Shown here piece by piece: positions 7,964 to 14,454 of a DNA stretch of 14,454 nucleotides. Both the position numbers and the translations under genes were made by a program. Each line of letters starts with the position of its first letter. Within the stretch, counting starts at the first letter, position 1. Source of the DNA: Candidatus Nanohaloarchaea archaeon (GTDB taxonomy: Archaea; EX4484-52; DAOVKX01); contig DAOVKX010000019.1 in assembly GCA_030631505.1 (NCBI GenBank), forward strand, positions 1-14,454, given 5' to 3'. The notes beneath the pieces are model-generated. The model saw only the letters and a program-made list of their open reading frames with translations. It searched no databases and had not been told where the DNA came from.

Positions 7964-9121
7964 ATGAAAAGCGAACTGAAACTTAAAAGCGGAAAAATTA
8001 TTAATTTACCATCAAGAATGTTTAGGAATAAAGATTTATCAGAAATGAATTTGGACTATGTAGAAAATAAGATATATTTCAACAAATATGATGAAAAAAA
8101 AGGATTTATCTCATTTAATAAAGAAGTTGAGAAAAATATGGCTATAATTAATTATGTGGATTGTTCTACTACTCCATTCTCAAAAGAAGAACTGGTTTCT
8201 TCTATCAAAAAACAAATAGACACTAATAGTGATTTCATTATTTTGCCATACTTCAAGGATGAGAATGAATATGATTTAAACATAAAAATTGAATTGGCAG
8301 GTAAAATAAAAACCAGATATAATAAAGAAATAATATTGGAAATATCATATAAAGCAACACCGCAGATGATTAAGAAAGTTATTAAACAATCTGAAAACTT
8401 TGATATTTTAGCTGTATTTTATGGTGTGCATTATGGAAGATTTCCATCATTTAGACTATTATGTGAGAAAATTTTTCTCTTTAAACAAGTCACAAATGGT
8501 AAAGTTTTTTGTACTGGTGTCCCCCTTGTATTCTCAGGAGATGAATATTCAAAATATTCCTATCTATTCCCAATATGGTCTTTAGTTTGTGATGGGTGGG
8601 TAAAAAATTGGAAACGTGGCGGAGGTGCTAAAGAAATACGCTTGGTGGATTATGAAGATTATAGAAATAAGAATTTTATGGGGTGGTGTGAAACACATAA
8701 ACCTAATGATATAGTGGAGTCTGTAAATATGAGTGTTAAAGGGTTATTTGGAGATGGACACGCTATGAAACAAGTAAGAGAACAATACATAGGGATGCTT
8801 AGAGATGAAGTTTTAAATGAGGTTTATTCAATAACGCCTAAGAGTATTGGAACTTATTTGAGAGATAAACCAAGAATATATATTGCTCTAATTTTAGATT
8901 TATACAAACAGAAATTAATTATACAAAAAGTCCGTGAAGCTAATTGGGCAAAAACATATGCTGAAAATGACATACGATTATTGGAAAAGGAGCTATTTAA
9001 TTTTTTAAGCCCCTCTGAAATAGAAGAAAAAATAGAGAAGAATATTGTTACTCTCGTTTCAAAAGAACAGAAAGTTCCCATCTCTGTTTTGATTAACGAA
9101 GTTCAAAATTCTCGATTTTAA
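7964..9121 (+). CDS. hypothetical protein (385 aa), third gene of the AbrB-HTH operon
   Basis: Long uninterrupted ORF at ~23% GC. No Walker, DDE, HNH or PD-(D/E)xK motif that I can identify confidently. Confidence 0.55.
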   Translation: MKSELKLKSGKIINLPSRMFRNKDLSEMNLDYVENKIYFNKYDEKKGFISFNKEVEKNMAIINYVDCSTTPFSKEELVSSIKKQIDTNSDFIILPYFKDENEYDLNIKIELAGKIKTRYNKEIILEISYKATPQMIKKVIKQSENFDILAVFYGVHYGRFPSFRLLCEKIFLFKQVTNGKVFCTGVPLVFSGDEYSKYSYLFPIWSLVCDGWVKNWKRGGGAKEIRLVDYEDYRNKNFMGWCETHKPNDIVESVNMSVKGLFGDGHAMKQVREQYIGMLRDEVLNEVYSITPKSIGTYLRDKPRIYIALILDLYKQKLIIQKVREANWAKTYAENDIRLLEKELFNFLSPSEIEEKIEKNIVTLVSKEQKVPISVLINEVQNSRF

Positions 9122-9196
9122 TTTTTTAAGCCCCTTTAAGTTTACAACAAACCAATATTTATAATTTTTATATACCCGAAATCAAATAGTATCTTT

Positions 9197-10987
9197 ATGT
9201 CGAGTGAACTTCTCTTGTTTGATATTGGCCTGATAATCCTTGTTTCCACAGTTCTGGCGTATTTTGCGCATCTGTTCAGACAGCCGCTTGTTCCGGCTTA
9301 CACTATAGCGGGATTGATTCTTGGCCCTGTCGGGTTTGGGTGGATAACAAATACAGAGATAATTACAATACTGTCCGAATTAGGGATTGCTTTTCTGCTG
9401 TTTATTGTGGGTATGGAGATTGATTTTCAGAGGTTAAAGGATGTCAAGCTTGTATCGTTTTTCGGCGGCATGACACAGATAGTTTTAATTTTGGGATTGA
9501 CATTTTTCACTGCGCTTTATTTTGGGTTCAGCCAGATACAGGCGCTTTACCTTGGTCTGATTCTGACATTCAGCAGCACTATGGTTGTTGTAAAGTATTT
9601 TTCTGATGAGAACATGCTTGATACATTGCATGGCAAGATAGTTCTTGGGTTTCTGCTTGTCCAGGATATTTTTGCGATTGTTGCCCTGTCAATTCTAATG
9701 AACCTGAGCGAGTTCAGTGTTGCTCATTTACTGCCGACTTTTATCGGCGGATTCGGGCTTTTTATTGCCGCTATTGTAGCCAAGAAGTATATATATCCTG
9801 TCTTGTTCGACTCTGTTGTTAAAACCCCGGAGTTGCTGTACCTGTCATCCTTGTCTGTATGTTTTATTTTTGCGGGCATTGCTCATGCTGCAGGGTACTC
9901 TATTGCAATAGGCGCGTTTATTGCGGGTTTGAGTTTGGCGGCGTATCCTTATGACCTTGAAATAATAAACAGGGTGGGGTCCCTGAGAGATTTTTTTGCA
10001 ACTTTGTTTTTTGTTTCACTTGGAATGCAGATAACCAGTTTTAGCATCCTTACTGTTTACATGAAGCCCCTTATCGCTCTTGCTTTGATTGCTTTATTAA
10101 TCAAACCGCTCATAATTTTCACTACATCAACGTTCTTTGGATACGAGCAAAGAACTTCTTTCTTTGCTTCAACCAGTCTCGGTCAAATCAGTGAGTTTTC
10201 ACTGATAATTGCATTGCAGGGGCTGCTGATTGGCGCGATTCCGATGGAAATATTTTCGATGACTGTGGTGCTGGCAGTTTTCACAATGTCCTTGTCCACT
10301 TATGTTATCAGGTTCAGAAATGCGCTGTTTTCATTTTTCTCCAAATATTTAATTATTTTCAGGAAAGTCAACATACTTAACAGACAGGTGGAGCTGGGCC
10401 ATGAGCCGGAGAAAAAGGGCTTGGAGAACCATATAATTCTATGGGGGGCGCACAGGATTGGTTCCGGCATTGTGGACGCGGCTCAAAAATTGAAGAAAAA
10501 TATAATCGTTGTTGATTATAATCCTGACATAATAAAAACATTGATGAACGAAAAAGTTCCCTGCATTTATGGAAATCTTGACAACCTGGAGACTCTGGAC
10601 AGGGTTAATGTTGACAGGGCGAAGCTGATTATATCCACAGTGCCCAATTTTGAGTATAATATGTTTCTTTTAGAACAGGCAAAGGTGCTAAACAAAGAAG
10701 TTCCTGTTATCCTTACGGCCAATGCGCTTGAACAGGCGTTGTTCTTTTACAATAAAGGAGCTGATTATGTCATACTGCCGAAAAGACTTAGCAGGGACAA
10801 GGTAAAAGATTATGTTTACAGTTTGTTTAACAAGCACAAAAGGACCGAGACACAAATCAGGAAAATAAAGGAAGGCCATGTAAAGGAACTGAAAGCGGAT
10901 CTTGAAGAGCAGATTCTGGACAGATATGAACCACGGCCTTTAAAATTGGATATAACAGGAACAAAAGAAAAAAGAAATGAAAAGTGA
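9197..10987 (+). CDS. kefB: Monovalent cation:proton antiporter-2 (CPA2, KefB/KefC-like) with C-terminal RCK/TrkA-N domain
   Basis: About 12 hydrophobic helices (Na+/H+ exchanger family pattern). C-terminal Rossmann ILWGAHRIGSGIV (GxGxxG) followed by VVDYNPD. Confidence 0.85.
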   Translation: MSSELLLFDIGLIILVSTVLAYFAHLFRQPLVPAYTIAGLILGPVGFGWITNTEIITILSELGIAFLLFIVGMEIDFQRLKDVKLVSFFGGMTQIVLILGLTFFTALYFGFSQIQALYLGLILTFSSTMVVVKYFSDENMLDTLHGKIVLGFLLVQDIFAIVALSILMNLSEFSVAHLLPTFIGGFGLFIAAIVAKKYIYPVLFDSVVKTPELLYLSSLSVCFIFAGIAHAAGYSIAIGAFIAGLSLAAYPYDLEIINRVGSLRDFFATLFFVSLGMQITSFSILTVYMKPLIALALIALLIKPLIIFTTSTFFGYEQRTSFFASTSLGQISEFSLIIALQGLLIGAIPMEIFSMTVVLAVFTMSLSTYVIRFRNALFSFFSKYLIIFRKVNILNRQVELGHEPEKKGLENHIILWGAHRIGSGIVDAAQKLKKNIIVVDYNPDIIKTLMNEKVPCIYGNLDNLETLDRVNVDRAKLIISTVPNFEYNMFLLEQAKVLNKEVPVILTANALEQALFFYNKGADYVILPKRLSRDKVKDYVYSLFNKHKRTETQIRKIKEGHVKELKADLEEQILDRYEPRPLKLDITGTKEKRNEK

Positions 10988-10989
10988 GA

Positions 10990-11424
10990 TTACTCAACTT
11001 CAAGGTTCTTTGCTTTTTTGACTTCTTTTTTCGGGAGTATTATCGTTAATATGCCGTTCCTGTACTTTGCCCGTGCATCGTCAACAAGAACTTCTGTTGG
11101 CAGTGTTAAAGTCCGGTAGAAGTGCCTCTCCCGCCTTTCTCTTCTGTAAAACGCTTTTCCTTCTTCATGTTTTTCTTCCTTGGCTTCTGCGGAAATCTCT
11201 ATTCTGTTGGGCGTTGCTTTTATGTTAATATCGCTTTTTTCAACACCAGGTATATCTACTGTAACAATAATATCTACGTTTGTTTCTCCTATGTCTGCAG
11301 GAAGCCGGTTTGTCAAATTGGGGAATGGCACTGCTTCAAATGAGTTCCTCATATGGTCTATATACCGTTCCATATCCCACAAACTATCCCATACTCTTCT
11401 TTTTCTTTCAGCCATTTTGCTCAC
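10990..11424 (-). CDS. hsp20: HSP20/alpha-crystallin small heat-shock protein
   Basis: Alpha-crystallin domain (VDIIVTVDIPGVEKSDINIK...NGILTIILPK). 144 aa. Confidence 0.9.
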   Translation of the reverse strand: MSKMAERKRRVWDSLWDMERYIDHMRNSFEAVPFPNLTNRLPADIGETNVDIIVTVDIPGVEKSDINIKATPNRIEISAEAKEEKHEEGKAFYRRERRERHFYRTLTLPTEVLVDDARAKYRNGILTIILPKKEVKKAKNLEVE

Positions 11425-11482
11425 TATAGTAACATTATAAAAGGATTTATATATTGTTTTCTATTTATTATCTGTGTGATAA

Positions 11483-12064
11483 ATGTTTAATCAACATATC
11501 GAATTATTAGGAGATATTAAACTTCAAACCATTTCTGAACGAACAAGAAGAGACCTTCTTTTATACTTATGTCACATTTCTGAAGATGTAAGACCTCCTA
11601 CCGATACTCTTGAGTCTTATCTTGACCTTGAGCGCTTTACTACGAGATTTCAAAGGATGTTCTACTTGTTGGATAAAAAAATATTTGAAACACATTGTTT
11701 AACTAGCGGTTACAAATTTATGCACCATTTGAGGGGGCCAACTGATAGGGATTTGTTGAATGATATAGTCTCATTATATCACCATGATCTTGTCGGTACA
11801 GAATATGGTAAAAATTATATTGAAGCTATAGATTTAGAGGGAGAGTTAAGAACTAGTTTAGGAAAAGATTTATTTAATGAACTTGTTGATTCTGTAAAAA
11901 GATACAACGAAATGAAAATAGCTGATTTAATTAAAGAATCTGTGGAAGTATGGCATGAAGAACATCCTGAAATTAAAAGAGGGATCGAGGAGATGGCTGA
12001 AAAATGGGGTTTCACACGCGAAAAATTTGAGAAACTTATGCGCCAATATCACGAAAACTCTTAA
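11483..12064 (+). CDS. hypothetical protein (193 aa)
   Basis: Complete ORF, divergent from hsp20. Its 3' end overlaps the nog1 3' end by 29 nt (convergent). No recognisable motifs. Confidence 0.5.
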   Translation: MFNQHIELLGDIKLQTISERTRRDLLLYLCHISEDVRPPTDTLESYLDLERFTTRFQRMFYLLDKKIFETHCLTSGYKFMHHLRGPTDRDLLNDIVSLYHHDLVGTEYGKNYIEAIDLEGELRTSLGKDLFNELVDSVKRYNEMKIADLIKESVEVWHEEHPEIKRGIEEMAEKWGFTREKFEKLMRQYHENS

Positions 12065-13052
12065 TTTTTTCTTCGTTTAAATAAGCACCCTTTAACAGGA
12101 ATTTCTTTAATTTATCAAATCCCTCTTTTTTTGCACAGGACAATTCAAAGAATTTTTCTTTTTTTATCTTCTTTTTTAACTCCCGTAATCTTTCTTTATC
12201 AGTTATGTCAATTTTATTTATACAAACTATTATTGGAATGTCAAAACTCTCTTTTATCTCGTTGTACAGATTTAACTGTTCATGCGCTGAGTAGCCGCAG
12301 GTTTCGGACAAATCGAAAACAAACAGGATTTTATCTGCAAGGTATTTTAATGCCAGGACTGCTTTCAGTTCAATTTTGTTTCTGAGTTTTAAATCCCTGT
12401 CCAGAATTCCTGGGGCATCAATGAACTGCAGTAAGTCCTCTATGTATCCGAGCATGAGATTTTGCGTTGTGAATGGATATGGCTGCACTTCAGGCAATGC
12501 GCCTGTAAGGTGCTTCAGGATGCTTGACTTGCCGATGTTTGGAAATCCCGCAATAACAATTGTTTCCATGTCTTTGACCTTTGCCAGATTCCTTAAGCTT
12601 CGCCTGCAGTCATCCAGAAATAAGAGGTCTGAGTTAATTTGTTTTAAGATTGAACTTACCCTGCCGTAATGCTCTTTTCGAATCCTTGCCATGTCTTTTA
12701 ACTGAGCACCTTTCAGTTTTCTCTTATATATTTCTGTTAATCTTCCTGTTTGGCCCATAGCCCAATTAACAGCGCCAAGTGACTTTTTCATCTGCTCTCT
12801 GTTGACAATCAGGCCAATCAGCTCATAATAAAAATTATCCAACCCGTTAATACTTGGCGTTCTTTCGAGAATTTTTTTAAGGTAGTCCTGGATAACATAA
12901 GTAGTTATTTCCACTCGCTTAAGCTCTTTTCTTCTTTTTTCCACTCTTTTGTCTTTAGCGCTGACATTCATAGCGCCCATCCGGGCTTTGCGGAATGCCT
13001 TATCCAGAATTTTCTTATACGACAAAATTTTAGGCATATTCGAAAACATCAT
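12036..13052 (-). CDS. nog1: NOG1-family GTP-binding protein (archaeal Nog1 homolog)
   Basis: N-terminal NOG1-type domain, then a G domain: G1 GFPNIGKSS, G2 YPFTT, G3 DAPG, G4 NKID. 338 aa. Confidence 0.85.
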   Translation of the reverse strand: MMFSNMPKILSYKKILDKAFRKARMGAMNVSAKDKRVEKRRKELKRVEITTYVIQDYLKKILERTPSINGLDNFYYELIGLIVNREQMKKSLGAVNWAMGQTGRLTEIYKRKLKGAQLKDMARIRKEHYGRVSSILKQINSDLLFLDDCRRSLRNLAKVKDMETIVIAGFPNIGKSSILKHLTGALPEVQPYPFTTQNLMLGYIEDLLQFIDAPGILDRDLKLRNKIELKAVLALKYLADKILFVFDLSETCGYSAHEQLNLYNEIKESFDIPIIVCINKIDITDKERLRELKKKIKKEKFFELSCAKKEGFDKLKKFLLKGAYLNEEKIKSFRDIGA

Positions 13053-13066
13053 AAATCACCGTTGAG
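13034..13066 (-). repeat. 33-bp perfect direct repeat, copy 1 (SD, ATG and first 6 codons of nog1)
   Basis: gcatattcgaaaacatcataaatcaccgttgag is identical to 13195-13227. Confidence 0.9.
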
Positions 13067-13194
13067 AATATATACTAAAAGACATAAACATTTGAGCAAG
13101 GCGTCTTTTCCATATATTGATGGATAGTGATTTATTGGTTCAGTTTGTTTATTCTTTCTGTGTCCCTCAATATTGAAGAATCTTTGATTCTGAA

Positions 13195-13227
13195 GCATAT
13201 TCGAAAACATCATAAATCACCGTTGAG
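13195..13227 (-). repeat. 33-bp perfect direct repeat, copy 2 (160 bp upstream of the nog1 start on the minus strand)
   Basis: Identical to 13034-13066. Provides an SD and an ATG for a 54-codon uORF. Confidence 0.9.
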
Positions 13228-13312
13228 CATGTCGAAACATTTTTGGAACATAAGCTTATTTTTATACATAAGTTTATAAACGAGTAAATGAAATGTTTTA
13301 TGGGGTGTTCGT

Positions 13313-14062
13313 GTGCTTTGGTTAATATTTCTGTTTGTTTTCTTTGTTATGCCCCTGCTTTTGTCAGCTGTAAGGGTTATATATGAGTATGAACGCGGTG
13401 TCAAGTTTACTTTAGGGAGGTTCTCAGGCACAATGGAACCGGGCCTGAGATTTATAATACCAATTATACAAACCATGACTAAAGTTGATGTGAGGATTAA
13501 GGCTATTGATGTTCCTGATCAGGATGCCATAACCAAGGATAATGTCTCCATAAAAGTAAATGCTGTGCTGTATTACAAAGTCTCGGATGTCAAGAAAGCA
13601 ATTATTGAGGTAGAACATTATGGTTATGCAGTTTCCCAACTGGCGCAAACCACAATGAGGGATGTTGTTGGCGAGGTCAGTTTAGACCAACTGCTTAGCA
13701 GCAGGGACTCTGTTTCAAAAAGGATAAAGGAGATTGTAGATAAGGCAACAGACCCCTGGGGGATAAAAGTGGATTCTGTTGAGCTAAAGCATGTTGAACT
13801 TCCTGAAGGATTAAAGAGGGTTATAGGCAAAGAAGCAGAGGCAGAACGTGAAAAAAGGGCTGTGATAATCAAAGCAGGTGGAGAGGTTATAGCATCAACA
13901 AATCTTGCAAAGGCGGCCAAAACACTGGCTACATCGCCGGGAGCACTTCATCTTAGAACCCTGAATACGTTAAATGACCTGAGCAGTGACCAGAGCAATA
14001 CTGTTGTGTTTGCAGTTCCATTAGAAATCCTTAAGGCATTTGAGACCATCAAGAAAAAGTAA
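13313..14062 (+). CDS. SPFH/band-7 (stomatin/prohibitin-like) membrane protein
   Basis: N-terminal TM helix (LWLIFLFVFFVMPLLLSAV), SPFH core (VIYEYERGVKFTLGRF ... VPDQDAITKDNVSIKVNAVLYYKV), coiled-coil EAEAEREKRA. The frame opens only at 13292, so the start is probably GTG at 13313; the alternative is ATG at 13349. Confidence 0.85.
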   Translation: MLWLIFLFVFFVMPLLLSAVRVIYEYERGVKFTLGRFSGTMEPGLRFIIPIIQTMTKVDVRIKAIDVPDQDAITKDNVSIKVNAVLYYKVSDVKKAIIEVEHYGYAVSQLAQTTMRDVVGEVSLDQLLSSRDSVSKRIKEIVDKATDPWGIKVDSVELKHVELPEGLKRVIGKEAEAEREKRAVIIKAGGEVIASTNLAKAAKTLATSPGALHLRTLNTLNDLSSDQSNTVVFAVPLEILKAFETIKKK

Positions 14063-14454
14063 TTATCCCCAGATAATGTTTGAGATAAAGCACTCTTCGC
14101 AGACTTCCTTGTCCTTATTCTTTATGTGATTTGTTTCTTTTTTGCAAACAGAACAATATTTTTTCGTTCCAACATTGATTCTCATTTTTAGCACCAAAAG
14201 CAGAATTATAGAATATTGTATTTTAAATTTAAATAACTATAGCCGAAAACTACAAAATTTGAATGATAATCCCGTTTTGCCATGAGGATAAATCGCATTT
14301 TGTTCGTTTTGATGCGTTCTACTATGTCTAAAAATCGGGACTAAACCTCTGGCATTTATACTCTCTTGATTCTTGCCATGTTTAAAAGACACTCTTACGT
14401 TTTTTTGATGATAACACAAACTTTATTTAGATTCCTGACTGTTTATATTTTATG

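Noticed and set aside
8854-9081. ORF 8854..9081 (-), 75 aa
   Set aside because: Antisense within the 385-aa ORF in 23% GC DNA, where spurious open frames are expected.
7653-9121. Idea that the HTH protein plus the 385-aa protein form a split IS630/Tc1-type transposase (HTH OrfA with DDE OrfB)
   Set aside because: The HTH resembles IS630 N-terminal HTHs. But the 385-aa protein lacks the DDE_3 signatures (no DE..F first-D context, no DNAS.H second motif, no PYSPELNP third motif), and no terminal inverted repeats flank the unit.
10688-12669. ORFs 10688..10879(-), 11122..11343(+), 11180..11440(+), 11815..12015(-), 12131..12385(+), 12376..12669(+)
   Set aside because: Antisense shadows within kef, hsp20, the 193-aa gene and nog1 respectively.
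13210-13920. ORFs 13210..13476(-), 13424..13648(-), 13624..13920(-)
   Set aside because: The first overlaps the nog1 leader duplication and the stomatin 5' end in an implausible frame. The others are antisense to the stomatin gene.
14237-14419. ORF 14237..14419 (-), 60 aa
   Set aside because: No start context and a His/Arg-rich, random-looking sequence in an AT-rich non-coding tail.
1-14454. Search for tRNA/rRNA genes and CRISPR arrays
   Set aside because: There is no GTTCGAATC-type T-loop in a tRNA-sized context outside coding regions and no regularly spaced short repeats. The only repeats are the two pairs of direct repeats reported above.

Overview
Archaeal-looking, AT-rich chromosomal segment with a GGTGAT-type Shine-Dalgarno motif and TATA-like promoters; GC figures below are my own hand counts on sample lines, not computed. 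Core (~40-45% GC) genes: C-terminal zinc-ribbon end of a DNA topoisomerase (partial), RadB recombinase paralog, Cdc48/VCP double AAA+ ATPase, KefB/CPA2 cation:proton antiporter with RCK domain, HSP20 small heat-shock protein, NOG1-family GTPase, SPFH/stomatin protein. Two low-GC accessory patches stand out. (i) 1169-2616: three small unknown minus-strand genes, two of them preceded by a perfectly duplicated 52-bp stop-to-start intergenic cassette, plus a 106-aa unknown ORF translationally coupled to cdc48. (ii) A ~4.3-kb island (~23-28% GC, 4880-9190) between cdc48 and kef. It holds a convergent pair of an unknown 256-aa protein and a C5-cytosine methyltransferase (candidate Type II R-M), a 49-aa zinc-ribbon ORF absent from the ORF track directly upstream of the methyltransferase, and a tightly coupled operon of AbrB/SpoVT-like (59 aa), sigma70-region-4-like HTH (102 aa) and a 385-aa orphan protein. 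That operon is the best candidate for an undescribed defence or addiction module. The 5' end of nog1 (leader, SD and first 6 codons) is duplicated 160 bp upstream, creating a 54-codon uORF that terminates on the nog1 start codon. No tRNA, rRNA, CRISPR array, integrase or transposase was recognised.
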